64,000 bases of DNA from Brevibacterium luteolum (GCF_013004595.1 NZ_JABEMC010000001.1:558001-622000), one strand, 5' to 3'. Numbered from the stretch's first letter, positions 17,815 to 27,566 are shown. Translations and numbers: made by a program. Notes: a model not told the origin generated them from the letters alone.

Positions 17815-20261
17815 CGACACGGATGTTCGGGCAGAAGATCGCCCGCAAGGAGGACCCGCGGTTGGTGACCGGCAACGGCTCCTATGTCGATGACCTGTCC
17901 TCGCCCCACACGCTGGCCGCGGCGTTCGTGCGCAGTCCGCACGCCCATGCGAAGATCCTCGACATCGACGTCTCCGGCGCCCTCGACATCGACGGCGTGT
18001 ACGCCGTGTGGACGCACGAAGACCTGCCCGGCGCAGCCGGTGAGCGGCTGCCGATGCTGCTGCCGCACCCCTCACTCATCGCGCCGAAGACCGGGTACGC
18101 GCTCGCCAAGGACGACGTCAACCACGTCGGAGAGCCGATCGCCATGGTCATCGCCGCCAACCGCTACATCGCCGAAGACGCCGCCAGCGCCGTGCACGTC
18201 GACTACGAGTACCTGCCTGCCGTCGTCGGGGTCGCGACCTCGCGCGAGGCCGAGCACGCTGTGCATGCCGATGTCGCCGACAACATCGCCGCTCACAGCA
18301 TCGACGAGGTCGGCGCGGTGGACGAGGCGATGGCCGGTGCCCCACATGTGCTCGAGATCGACCTCGACATCGAGCGCAGCGCCTGCATGCCGATGGAGGG
18401 CAAGGGCGTGCTCGCCCGCTGGAACCGCCACGATGAGAGCATGATCGTGTACTCCTCGACGCAGACTTCGACCGGACTGCGCGCGGCACTGGCAGCGAAG
18501 CTGGAGATGCCGCTGACGAAGATGGAGGTCATCACCCCCGATGTGGGCGGAGGATTCGGCGTCAAGATCAACCACCCCTGGCCCGAAGAGGTCTGCGTGG
18601 CAGCCGCCGCCCGGGCACTGGACCGGGAGATCGCCTGGACCGAGGACCGGCGCGAGCACTTCATCTCCTCCGCCCATGAGCGCCAGCAGCTCCAGCAGGT
18701 GCGCATCGGCTTCGACGACGAGGGCAAGATCCACGCCCTCGACGTGAAGTTCTGGCACGACAACGGCGCCTACCTGCCCTACGGGGTGATCCCGCCGCTC
18801 AACACCGCCACCCACGTGCTCGGGCCGTATGTCGTCCGCAACTACCGCTGCGAATGGTGGTCGCTGTACACCAACACCGTCATCGTCACCCCCTACCGCG
18901 GGGCCGGGCGCCCACAGGGCGTGTACATGATGGAACGGGCGATGGACGCGGTCGCCGATGCGCTCGGCCGCGACCGCACCGAGGTGCGCGAGGCCAACTT
19001 CGTGCGCGAGTTCCCGCATCCGATCGGCCTCGTCCTGCAGGACGGGCGCGAGGGCATCTACGACTCCGGTGACTTCCCGACCTCGATGGCCAAGCTCAAA
19101 GAGCTCATCGGCTGGGACGACTTCGCTGCCTACCGTGCGAAAGCCGCCGCCGAGGGCCGGCGGGTCGGCATCGGCGTGGCCTGCTATGTCGAAGGCACCG
19201 GCGCCGGGCCGTATGAGGGCGGGCACATCGAAGTCGAAACCTCCGGGCAGGTCAACGTGTGGACCGGCCTGACCACTCAGGGGCAGGCACACGCGACCGT
19301 GTTCGCCCAGATCGTCGCCGATGAGCTCGGAGTGCCGATCGACCGGGTCAACGTCGTCACCGGTGATACCCGCAAGACCCCCTACTCGGTGGGCACCTGG
19401 GGTTCGCGCGGGGCGGTCATGAGCGGCAACGCCGTGCACCTGACGGCGAAGAAGCTCAAGCAGAAGGCACTGACGATCGCCGGGCGCTCACTCGAAGTCG
19501 ACCCGGCCGACCTGGAGATCGTCGACGGGATCGTGCAGGTCAAAGGCGATCCCTCAGCCTCGATTCCGCTCGAGGTCATCTCGGTGATGTCGAACCCGCT
19601 GCGCTACGCCTTCGACGACGCTGCCAAGGCCGCCACCCAGTTCGGGATGCCATCCGATGAGTCGAAGCCGCCGATGCTGCCTGGTGAGTCACCGGGACTG
19701 GAGGAGCGGGACTTCTTCTCCCCGCAGCGGACCACCTTCGCCTCCGGCATGCACGCCGCGATCGTCGAGACCGACCCGGAAACCGCCGACATCACGGTGC
19801 TGCGCTACTGCGTCGTCCACGACTGCGGCAAGATGATCAACCCGCTCGTCGTCGAAGGACAGGTGCTCGGCGGCGTCGCGCAGGGGATCGCCGGGGCACT
19901 GTACGAGAAAATGGCCTACGACGAGACCGGCCAGCTGCTCAACGCCTCCTTCATGGACTTCCTTATGCCGTTCGCCAGCGAGATCCCGCCTGTCGAAACC
20001 GACCACCTGGAGACCCCGAGCCCGCTCAACCCCCTCGGCATCAAGGGCGCCGGTGAGGCCGGGACGATCCCCGGTGCCTCGGTCATCGCCTCGGCGATCG
20101 AAGACGCTGAAGGCTTCCCCATCACCCGCATGCCGATCTCCCCATCAGAGCTGTGGGAGCTGCGTGAGAAGCATGCCGCCGGCCAGTGGCCGTCCCTCCA
20201 GCATCCGGCCTGCGTGCCGGAGACCGACACCGCACGAGCAGAAGAAAAGGTGACCCGATGA
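17811..20261 (+). CDS. Mo-hydroxylase molybdopterin large subunit (form II CoxL-like / xanthine dehydrogenase family)
   Basis: RKEDPRLVTG, RSPHAHA, DVGGGFG.K, PYRGAGRP, QGQAHAT, GTWGSRG, GQVLGGVAQG, KGAGEAG (catalytic Glu). Confidence 0.93.
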   Translation: MTTRMFGQKIARKEDPRLVTGNGSYVDDLSSPHTLAAAFVRSPHAHAKILDIDVSGALDIDGVYAVWTHEDLPGAAGERLPMLLPHPSLIAPKTGYALAKDDVNHVGEPIAMVIAANRYIAEDAASAVHVDYEYLPAVVGVATSREAEHAVHADVADNIAAHSIDEVGAVDEAMAGAPHVLEIDLDIERSACMPMEGKGVLARWNRHDESMIVYSSTQTSTGLRAALAAKLEMPLTKMEVITPDVGGGFGVKINHPWPEEVCVAAAARALDREIAWTEDRREHFISSAHERQQLQQVRIGFDDEGKIHALDVKFWHDNGAYLPYGVIPPLNTATHVLGPYVVRNYRCEWWSLYTNTVIVTPYRGAGRPQGVYMMERAMDAVADALGRDRTEVREANFVREFPHPIGLVLQDGREGIYDSGDFPTSMAKLKELIGWDDFAAYRAKAAAEGRRVGIGVACYVEGTGAGPYEGGHIEVETSGQVNVWTGLTTQGQAHATVFAQIVADELGVPIDRVNVVTGDTRKTPYSVGTWGSRGAVMSGNAVHLTAKKLKQKALTIAGRSLEVDPADLEIVDGIVQVKGDPSASIPLEVISVMSNPLRYAFDDAAKAATQFGMPSDESKPPMLPGESPGLEERDFFSPQRTTFASGMHAAIVETDPETADITVLRYCVVHDCGKMINPLVVEGQVLGGVAQGIAGALYEKMAYDETGQLLNASFMDFLMPFASEIPPVETDHLETPSPLNPLGIKGAGEAGTIPGASVIASAIEDAEGFPITRMPISPSELWELREKHAAGQWPSLQHPACVPETDTARAEEKVTR

Positions 20262-20962
20262 AGATCTCCTCGACCGCCACGATGAACGCCGACCCGCAGA
20301 CAGCCTGGGACGCCTTCCACAATGAGAAGATTCTCGCGGCCACCATCCCCGGCGTGGAGTCCTTCAGCGATGAAGGCGGCGGGAAGTATGCGGTCGTCGT
20401 GACGATGGGGGTCGCGGCGATCAAGGGCACCTACAACGGCACCGTCGTCTTCTCCGAAGAGCGTGAGCCCGAATCCTTCGTGCTCACCGTCAACGGGGCC
20501 GGGGGACCGGGCACCATCGGCGCCGAGGTCGCGGTGCAGCTCAGCGCCGCCGAAGACGGGGGCAGCACCGTGACCTGGGAGGCCGATGCGATCCTCGGCG
20601 GGCCGATCGGCGGGGTCGGGCAGCGGATGCTCGGCGGTGTCGCCAAGCGGATCGCGACGAAGTTCTTCGCCGATATCGACAGGGCGATCGCCGAGGGCGT
20701 GCCGGAAGCCGGCGAGCAGGCCGCACCCGGTGCACAGGCCGGCGCACCGGCAGCAGCCAACTCCCGCTCACTGTCGGACACAGGACTCGTGACAGCACCG
20801 GGGTCCGAGGGCTCAGCAATCAGCGGCGCCGCCGGGCACGCACCGGCGGCAGCCGGGGCGTGCAGCCCGGGGACCGGCGGCTTCCTCACCGGCATGGCCG
20901 CCGGTGCCGGTATCGCGCTGCTCGGTGTTGTCGTCGGAGCGATCATCAGCGGCCGGCGCTGA
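20258..20962 (+). CDS. CoxG/SRPBCC domain protein with C-terminal membrane anchor
   Basis: W..F....LA..IPG, GG..GGVGQRM.GGVA, Ala-rich linker, then hydrophobic GMAAGAGIALLGVVVGAII followed by RR. Confidence 0.85.
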   Translation: MKISSTATMNADPQTAWDAFHNEKILAATIPGVESFSDEGGGKYAVVVTMGVAAIKGTYNGTVVFSEEREPESFVLTVNGAGGPGTIGAEVAVQLSAAEDGGSTVTWEADAILGGPIGGVGQRMLGGVAKRIATKFFADIDRAIAEGVPEAGEQAAPGAQAGAPAAANSRSLSDTGLVTAPGSEGSAISGAAGHAPAAAGACSPGTGGFLTGMAAGAGIALLGVVVGAIISGRR

Positions 20963-21028
20963 TCATCGCGGGTGAGGCGGCTCACAGCAGAACCACCGGG
21001 CGGGGCTGCCCATGACTAGACTGTAGCC

Positions 21029-21835
21029 ATGCGCATTGTCAGATTCGTCCACAACGATGAACCCACCTACGGCGTCGTCGAAGGCGAGCTCGGCGAGATC
21101 GTCGACGGTCGGGCCGACACCTCGGGCCTGGAGATCGCCGTCCTCGACTCGGACCCCTTCTTCAGCCCCGCCCAGTCCACCGGCGACCGCCTGACCTACG
21201 ACGAGGTCCGCCTGCTGGCCCCCATCATCCCGCGCTCGAAGATCGTGTGCGTCGGCAGGAACTTCGCCGACCACGCCGCCGAACTCGGAAACGACGTGCC
21301 GGTCTCCCCGCTGACCTTCTTCAAGCCCAACACCGCCGTCATCGGCCCCGGCGACCCGATCCGCATCCCGGCGATCAGCGAGCACGTCAGCTATGAAGCC
21401 GAGCTCGGCGTCGTCATCGGCCGGGTCGCCAAACAGGTCAGCGCCGAACAGGCCTACGACACCGTGCTCGGCTACCTCGCCGGCAATGATGTCACCCTGC
21501 GCGACATCCAGGACACCGACAAGCAGTGGTCACGTGCCAAGGGCTTCGACACCTCCTGCCCGCTGGGCCCGTGGATCGAAACCGACTTCGCCCCCGAAGC
21601 CGTCGCCATCCGCTCGTGGGTCGACGGCGAGCAGCGCCAGAACGGCACGACCGAGGATTTCATTTTCGACATCCCGACCCTCATCGAGCACATCACCGAG
21701 ACGATCACGCTGCTGCCCGGCGATGTCATCCTCACCGGCACCCCGGCAGGAGTCGGGAAGATCGAAGCCGGCCAGCACGTCTCGGTGGCCATCGAGGGGC
21801 TCGGACTGCTCGAGAACCCGGTGATGGACGCCTGA
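21029..21835 (+). CDS. Fumarylacetoacetate hydrolase family protein
   Basis: KIVCVGRNF, FFKPNT, YEAELGVVIG, NDVT.RD, AKGFDT.CP.GP, PGDVILTGTP.GVG. Conserved position upstream of gltX. Confidence 0.93.
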   Translation: MRIVRFVHNDEPTYGVVEGELGEIVDGRADTSGLEIAVLDSDPFFSPAQSTGDRLTYDEVRLLAPIIPRSKIVCVGRNFADHAAELGNDVPVSPLTFFKPNTAVIGPGDPIRIPAISEHVSYEAELGVVIGRVAKQVSAEQAYDTVLGYLAGNDVTLRDIQDTDKQWSRAKGFDTSCPLGPWIETDFAPEAVAIRSWVDGEQRQNGTTEDFIFDIPTLIEHITETITLLPGDVILTGTPAGVGKIEAGQHVSVAIEGLGLLENPVMDA

Positions 21836-21940
21836 GCCGCACCCAGGCGACCACCGCCTCGGGACCGGAGACCTCCGCCTCGGGATCGGTGTCACCCCAC
21901 CAGCCACCAGCACACGCATCGACGAAGAACGAAGGAAACT

Positions 21941-23431
21941 GTGAGCGTCAAAGTCCGCTTCTGCCCATCGCCCACCGGCACCCCGCACGTCGGGATGGTC
22001 CGCACCGCCCTGTTCAACTGGGCGTACGCCCGCCACACCGGCGGCACATTCGTCTTCCGCATCGAGGACACCGACGCCAGCCGCGACTCCGAGGAGTCCT
22101 ACGGCCAGGTGCTCGAGGCGATGCGCTGGCTCGGCCTCGACTGGGATGAGGGCATCGACGTCGGCGGACCCGACGGACCCTACCGGCAGTCCCAGCGCGG
22201 CGAGATCTACCAGGGCATCATCACCCGCCTCGTCGACGCCGGCCACCTCTACGAGTCCTTCTCCACCAACGAGGAAGTCGAGGCCCGCCACAAAGCCGCC
22301 GGCCGCGACCCGAAGCTCGGCTACGACGGCTACGACCGCGACCTGACCGACGAGCAGAAGGCCGCTTTCCGCGCCGAGGGCCGCGAACCGGTGCTGCGCG
22401 TGCGCATGCCCGATGAGGACATCACCTTCACCGACCTCGTCCGCGGCGAGATCACCTTCAAGGCCGGGTCTGTGCCGGACTTCGTCGTCGTGCGCTCAGG
22501 CGGACAGCCGCTGTACACCTTCGTCAACCCCGTCGACGACGCTCTCATGGGCATCACCCACGTGCTGCGCGGCGAGGACCTGCTGTCCTCGACCCCGCGC
22601 CAGATCGTCCTCTACGAAGCGCTCAAGGACATCGGGGTTGCTGAGCAGACCCCTGAGTTCGGCCACCTGCCCTACGTCATGGGCCAGGGCAACAAGAAGC
22701 TCTCGAAGCGCGACCCGGAATCCAACCTGTTCCTCCACCGCGACAACGGCTTCATCCGCGAAGGCCTCATCAACTACCTCGGCCTGCTCGGCTGGTCGAT
22801 CGGACCCGACCGCGACGTCTTCACCGTCGAGGAATTCATCGAGGCCTTCGACATCCACGACGTGCTGCCCAACCCGGCCCGCTTCGACGTCAAGAAGGCC
22901 ACCGCCATCAACGGCGACCACATCCGCATGCTCGACGCCGCTGACTTCCGCACCCGGCTCGTGCCCTACCTGCAGCGCGCCGGCATCGTCGGTGAGCAGC
23001 TCAGCGCCCGGGAGAACGAGATCCTCACCGCCGCCGCCCCGCTCGTGCAGACCCGCATGAACCTCCTCGGCGAAGCACCGGACCTGCTCGGCTTCCTCTT
23101 CACGGCAGATGCCGACCTGGAGCTCACCGCCGACGGGCTCAAGACGCTCAAGGACACCGCCCCCGAGGTGCTTGCTGCCTCCCTGCGCGTGCTCGAACCA
23201 CTCGATGACTGGTCGACCCAGGCGATCCAGGACGCCCTGCAGACCGCGCTCGTCGAGGAGATGGGCATCAAACCGCGCCTGGCCTTCGGGCCGCTGCGCG
23301 TGGCCGTGTCCGGCCGCCGGGTCTCTCCGCCACTGTTCGAGTCGATGGAGATCCTCGGCAAGGACTCCTCGCTGACCCGCCTGCGGGCGCTCGCCGATCG
23401 CCTCGCCGACGGCGAGGAGCAGGACGCCTGA
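21941..23431 (+). CDS. gltX: Glutamate--tRNA ligase
   Basis: [47 protein letters not shown]. Confidence 0.97.
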   Translation: MSVKVRFCPSPTGTPHVGMVRTALFNWAYARHTGGTFVFRIEDTDASRDSEESYGQVLEAMRWLGLDWDEGIDVGGPDGPYRQSQRGEIYQGIITRLVDAGHLYESFSTNEEVEARHKAAGRDPKLGYDGYDRDLTDEQKAAFRAEGREPVLRVRMPDEDITFTDLVRGEITFKAGSVPDFVVVRSGGQPLYTFVNPVDDALMGITHVLRGEDLLSSTPRQIVLYEALKDIGVAEQTPEFGHLPYVMGQGNKKLSKRDPESNLFLHRDNGFIREGLINYLGLLGWSIGPDRDVFTVEEFIEAFDIHDVLPNPARFDVKKATAINGDHIRMLDAADFRTRLVPYLQRAGIVGEQLSARENEILTAAAPLVQTRMNLLGEAPDLLGFLFTADADLELTADGLKTLKDTAPEVLAASLRVLEPLDDWSTQAIQDALQTALVEEMGIKPRLAFGPLRVAVSGRRVSPPLFESMEILGKDSSLTRLRALADRLADGEEQDA

Positions 23432-23432
23432 G

Positions 23433-24737
23433 ATGACTGACACCGCTACCGTGGTCCCAGGCCTGCACCTGCCCGGGCTGACCGTCGAAGAGCTCACCCT
23501 CACCGTGCCCGTCGACCGCGGCTACGGTCAGCCGCTGTCCACCTCGGGAACGGGGGAGGAGCCGGCCACACTCGAGGTCTTCGCCCGGATCCTGGGCACG
23601 AAGGACTCGGCCAAGCCCTACCTGCTGTACCTGCAGGGCGGGCCCGGGCACGAGGCGTTCCGCGCCACCCAGTCGAGCCCCGGCTGGATCGAACGGGCGC
23701 TCAAGGACTTCCGCATCGTCATGCTCGACCAGCGCGGCACCGGCCGCTCGACCCCCATCGGCTGGGTCGACGGGCACATCACCGGCCTGCCGGCCGGTCT
23801 CGATGCAACCGATCCCGAGGCGGTGGCTGGGTACCTGACTCACCTGCGGGCCGATTCGATCATCGCCGATGCCGAAGACGTCCGGCAGGCGCTCGGGGCC
23901 GAGCAGTGGAGTGTGCTCGGGCAGTCCTTCGGCGGGTTCTGCACGCTGCGGTACCTGAACGAGCATCCTGAGGTCATCCGCGAGGCTCTGTTCACCGGCG
24001 GGCTGCCGGCCGTCGGCGGGCACCCGCGGGAGGTCTACGCCGCGACCTGGCAGCAGATGACGGCCAAGTCCCGGGCCTTCACCGCCCGGTACCCGCGCGC
24101 GGCCGAGAAGTTGAAGGCGCTCAGCGCCCGCGCTGAATCCGGTCTGGAGCTGCCCGACGGCACGATCGCCACCGGCGATCACGTGCGGTTGCTCGGCCAC
24201 TTCCTCGGTGCCTCGGGCGGGGCCGAACGGCTGGCCTACCTGCTCGAAGGCGACATCGACACCGCCGCCTTCCGCTACGACTTCGCCGCGGCCCTGCCGT
24301 TTGCCGGCCGCAACCCGCTGTACGCGGTCGTGCACGAAAGTTGCTGGGCTGATGGCGTCGTCACCGACTGGGCCGCTGAAGCGGCGATGCCCGAGGCGGT
24401 GCGCACCGACCCGACGCTGCTGGCCGGTGAGCACATGACTCCGGCCGTGTTCACCACCGGCCCGCTTGCGGTGTGGAAGGACATCGCCGAACGCGTGGCC
24501 GCACACGAGTGGCCACGGCTGTGGGATGCCGAGAAGCTGCGGAGCGCTGAGGTGCCGGCGGCTGCTGCGGTGTACTTCGAGGACGCCTATGTGCCCCAGC
24601 AGTTCTCTCTGGCGACCGCCGCGCTGCTGCCGCAGATGCGGCCGTGGGTGACGAACGAGTACGAGCACAACGGACTCTCGGCATCCTCAGGCGCGGTGCT
24701 CGACCGATTGCTCAAGCTCACCCGCGACGAAATCTGA
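23433..24737 (+). CDS. pip: Proline iminopeptidase (alpha/beta hydrolase)
   Basis: LQGGPG, DQRGTGRS, RADSI..DAE, nucleophile GQSFGGF, NPLY..HE, Y.ED.YV, WVTNEYEHNG. Confidence 0.85.
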   Translation: MTDTATVVPGLHLPGLTVEELTLTVPVDRGYGQPLSTSGTGEEPATLEVFARILGTKDSAKPYLLYLQGGPGHEAFRATQSSPGWIERALKDFRIVMLDQRGTGRSTPIGWVDGHITGLPAGLDATDPEAVAGYLTHLRADSIIADAEDVRQALGAEQWSVLGQSFGGFCTLRYLNEHPEVIREALFTGGLPAVGGHPREVYAATWQQMTAKSRAFTARYPRAAEKLKALSARAESGLELPDGTIATGDHVRLLGHFLGASGGAERLAYLLEGDIDTAAFRYDFAAALPFAGRNPLYAVVHESCWADGVVTDWAAEAAMPEAVRTDPTLLAGEHMTPAVFTTGPLAVWKDIAERVAAHEWPRLWDAEKLRSAEVPAAAAVYFEDAYVPQQFSLATAALLPQMRPWVTNEYEHNGLSASSGAVLDRLLKLTRDEI

Positions 24738-24782
24738 GACCTCGATGCCCTGCCCGGTATCCGGAATCGCGGGTGTGACATT

Positions 24783-24974
24783 GCCGAGACGATGCACCGC
24801 ATCATCGCGATGGGCTCCGGCGGTCTGGACACGATGCCGCACAACGGGGCGATCTGTCGCTGCTCATCATCTGCAACCTCACCTACCGCGACTCCCACAA
24901 GGACATCTTCGTCATTACGCTGGCTATCACCTCAGCGGTGACGCTCCTGATGATCGCGATCCTGTCGATCTTCG
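24783..24974 (+). pseudogene. 3' fragment of a GntP-family (H+/gluconate symporter-like) permease with a frameshift
   Basis: Translates AETMHRIIAMGSGGLDTMPHNGAI, then shifts frame at about 24855 to SLLIICNLTYRDSHKDIFVITLAITSAVTLLMIAILSIF. This matches the remembered family motif HR..S.GG.D.LPHNGA..LL..CGLT....Y.DI. Confidence 0.7.
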
Positions 24975-25130
24975 GTGGGATGCCGAGAAGCTGCGTCGAG
25001 CCGAGGTGGTGGCGGCTGCCGCGGTGTACTTCGAGGACGCCTGTGTTCCCCAGCAGTACTCCCTGGCAACCGCCTCACTGCTGCCGCAGATGCGGCCATG
25101 GGTGACCAACGAGTATGAGCACAACGGGCT
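24975..25130 (+). repeat. Diverged 156-bp direct copy of the pip 3' region (24521-24676)
   Basis: Encodes WDAEKLRRAEVVAAAAVYFEDACVPQQYSLATASLLPQMRPWVTNEYEHNG; 18 mismatches by manual alignment. Confidence 0.92.
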
Positions 25131-25239
25131 GCCGTGCGCAATTTCATGCGCCCGTTTCACCGGGGATCGTTTGTCCGCAGGACACAAGACCCTTGTGGCC
25201 AGAGTTCGCTCTGACAGTCGCCAGGCATTAAAGGGGCAT

Positions 25240-26469
25240 TCAACCGTTTCGGCGGTGCGCTCTTACATGATAGGCCTCCCCACGGACGCGCCGGAGATGG
25301 CCGCGTACTTCGTGCGACTTCCGAGGGCTTTGCGGGAGAGCCGGCAAGGACGAACGTTTAATCAGGGTCGGTCGGCCGGGAGCCTCTGAGATTAGGTAGA
25401 AGGATGAGATGTCGCCCTCGGCCTGAAGGCGTTTGGTATGAGCCGGGTCGGCAAGGGAGCCAGTCTTGATGAGATTCTGCTCGTCTGAGAATACGAAGAG
25501 CAGTGCCGCTGCCACTACCCGATGAAGCGGCCCCGCGATACGGCTGTTCTCCGAGCCGTTTGGGACAGGAAGATTCAACCGTTCTCTGCAGCCTGAGACG
25601 TAGACGATCTCAGCCACCAGACCTTTCTCTTTCGCAGCGACCAAAATATGGTCTGCCCTCTCGCCATTGCAGATCTTGGTAGGAGTTTCGGGAGCCAGAA
25701 TCCATCGTCCGTGAACGCTGAGTTCGGAAGCGAGCCAGTGAATGTCAGCAGTTAGTGGGGATGATGACGCTTCAGCCAGGAGCGTTGTGAAATCAGGAAG
25801 GGCCAGATTAGCTATAACAACTAGTGCTCGAGAGTCGTTGGTGCAAGTGGGAACGCAAGCTGCGGCGTCATAAAGCGGATTGGCAGTGGCTCGCGCCGAC
25901 GGTGGTTTCTGTCGCCCTCGATCATCTTGTGGTTCCTCGAGCCACCTGGCCGTTTCCGTCCAGCCCAGGTCCTTATACAGATTTGCTGCAAACCGACGTG
26001 ATTTTGCGGTCGTTCCAATCATCTCGGCGATTTCCCGCTCGGCCGAGCGTTGCGCGGACTCGTCACCGTCCGGAACCTTGGAGACCAATTGCTTGAGTTT
26101 GCTTTGTTGCCGAGGCGCATGCGAAAAAGCCCGTTCCGATACGTAGACGGCTTGGTCGCTCCACGTTGTCTCGCGCATACGTATAGCGAGTGCCCGGATG
26201 ATCGTCCGACGTGCCTTGGGATGGGGGAAAGAACTCGCTGCAGAAAGTAGACGACTCATTCGGGTACTGGGCCAGCCGGATCTCACTGCTTCTGCCACTG
26301 CCGATTCAAGATTTATAGCTGTGGCGATCGAGTCGAGCGTAGACCTGCGGGAACCCAAAAGGGCCCTAAGAAAGCACACAACGGCCGTTCGAAGTGGCAT
26401 CGCTCGAATATTTCTTACGGGCTTCCCAAACCATTTCCCGCGCGCGTATCTATTCCGCCGTGTGCCCAT
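25240..26469 (-). CDS. Hypothetical protein (about 409 aa) of foreign-looking, lower-GC composition
   Basis: Long ORF with many A/T-ending codons. ATG at 26469 just downstream of the SDR stop (start uncertain). Basic C-terminal tail SHEVRGHLRRVRGEAYHVRAHRR. Confidence 0.6.
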   Translation of the reverse strand: MGTRRNRYARGKWFGKPVRNIRAMPLRTAVVCFLRALLGSRRSTLDSIATAINLESAVAEAVRSGWPSTRMSRLLSAASSFPHPKARRTIIRALAIRMRETTWSDQAVYVSERAFSHAPRQQSKLKQLVSKVPDGDESAQRSAEREIAEMIGTTAKSRRFAANLYKDLGWTETARWLEEPQDDRGRQKPPSARATANPLYDAAACVPTCTNDSRALVVIANLALPDFTTLLAEASSSPLTADIHWLASELSVHGRWILAPETPTKICNGERADHILVAAKEKGLVAEIVYVSGCRERLNLPVPNGSENSRIAGPLHRVVAAALLFVFSDEQNLIKTGSLADPAHTKRLQAEGDISSFYLISEAPGRPTLIKRSSLPALPQSPRKSHEVRGHLRRVRGEAYHVRAHRRNG

Positions 26470-26488
26470 CAGAGGCTTCTCCGTAGCC

Positions 26489-27223
26489 TCACAGTGAGCG
26501 GACCATCCCGCCGTCGACGGCGATGACGCTGCCGGTGATGTAGCTGGCGATAGGGGAGAGCAGGAACGCTGCGACCTGCCCGAACTCATGCGGCTGCCCG
26601 AGCCGGCGCAGCGGCACATGCTCCAGCTGCTCAGCATCGGGCGCCTCACCCATCCGCGGGGTGAGGATCTGACCGGGGGCCACCCCGAAGATCCGGATGC
26701 CGCGCGGGCCGATCTCATCGGCTATGTTCTTGATCGCCATTGCAATCCCGGGCCGCAGCGCATTCGAGATCGCGATCGAGGGGATCGGATTCCACACCGA
26801 CGATGACAGCACCATCCCGACGGCCGAACCTGTCTCCAGGCGCTCACAGGCGCAGCGGGCCAGGCGCAGGGAGCCGAGGAACACCGACTCGATGGCCTCG
26901 CGCCACTGCTCCTCACTGGTGTCGAAGTAGCGCCCGACAGCCGGCCCGCCGACGGAGATGAACACACCGGCAACCGGTGCGTCTGCGAACGCCTCGGCGG
27001 CAGCAGCGAAGAGCCGCTCACCGGCGTCATGAGCGGCATTGTCGAGAGCCAGCCCGGCCGCCCGGTCACCGAGCTGACCAACAGCGGCGTCGATCTTCTC
27101 CTGGCTGCGCGAGGAGATCACGACGTTGGCATCCTCGGCGACCAGCGCCTCGGCGGTGGCCAATCCGAGCCCTGATGAGCCGCCTGTGACAATGAATGTG
27201 CGGCCTGAGATCTGGAGGTCCAT
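26489..27223 (-). CDS. Short-chain dehydrogenase/reductase (3-oxoacyl-ACP reductase-like)
   Basis: VTGGSSGLG, SVGGP, SNALR, PG.I.T.R, PLRRLGQP.EFG, SYITGS...VDGG. Leaderless-type CACAAT-N7-ATG. Confidence 0.92.
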   Translation of the reverse strand: MDLQISGRTFIVTGGSSGLGLATAEALVAEDANVVISSRSQEKIDAAVGQLGDRAAGLALDNAAHDAGERLFAAAAEAFADAPVAGVFISVGGPAVGRYFDTSEEQWREAIESVFLGSLRLARCACERLETGSAVGMVLSSSVWNPIPSIAISNALRPGIAMAIKNIADEIGPRGIRIFGVAPGQILTPRMGEAPDAEQLEHVPLRRLGQPHEFGQVAAFLLSPIASYITGSVIAVDGGMVRSL

Positions 27224-27253
27224 GGGCCTCATTGTGCCGCCCCTCACGCGATT

Positions 27254-27282
27254 TTGCACTCGGGGTTCGGAGTGTGTAGAGT
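27254..27282 (+). promoter_or_regulatory. SigA-type promoter for the tRNA pair
   Basis: TTGCAC (27254-27259), 17-nt spacer, TAGAGT (27277-27282). Confidence 0.7.
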
Positions 27283-27323
27283 AATCTTTCGTTGCCAGGG
27301 AGGCGCAAGCCTCCGAAGTGCAT

Positions 27324-27395
27324 TGGGGTATGGTGTAATTGGCAGCACGAGTGATTCTGGTTCACTTAGTCTAGGTTCGAGTCCTGGTACCCCAG
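27324..27395 (+). tRNA. tRNA-Gln(CTG)
   Basis: Acceptor stem TGGGGTA/TACCCCA, anticodon arm AGTGA-TTCTGGT-TCACT, T-loop GGTTCGAGTCC. Confidence 0.97.
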
Positions 27396-27396
27396 C

Positions 27397-27469
27397 GCCC
27401 CCGTCGTCTAGTGGCCTAGGACGCCGCCCTCTCAAGGCGGAAACGGCGGTTCGAACCCGCTCGGGGGTA
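27397..27469 (+). tRNA. tRNA-Glu(CTC)
   Basis: Acceptor stem GCCCCCG/CGGGGGT, anticodon arm CCGCC-CTCTCAA-GGCGG, T-loop GGTTCGAACCC. Confidence 0.97.
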
Positions 27470-27475
27470 CGGATA

Positions 27476-27517
27476 GTCCCGGTGTCTGACATGATCAGGC
27501 GCCGGGATTCGTCATTT
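27476..27517 (+). terminator. Hairpin terminator after the tRNAs
   Basis: GTCCCGGTGTCTGA-CATGA-TCAGGCGCCGGGAT followed by a weak T-rich tail. Confidence 0.65.
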
Positions 27518-27566
27518 CCCACCGGCACCGCCCCCGCGCGGTGCCCTGGCTTGATCGACGGAGACC

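Noticed and set aside
17811..20261. Aerobic CO dehydrogenase (form I)
   Set aside because: Lacks the AYxCSFR motif, and the context is nucleobase catabolism.
21029..21835. FAH-family gene as part of the catabolic cluster
   Set aside because: It has its own promoter-like start and is a conserved neighbour of gltX in Actinobacteria.
24745..25389. 214-aa ORF as a real gene
   Set aside because: A chimera of off-frame GntP remnant, the pip duplicate and antisense of the orphan gene.
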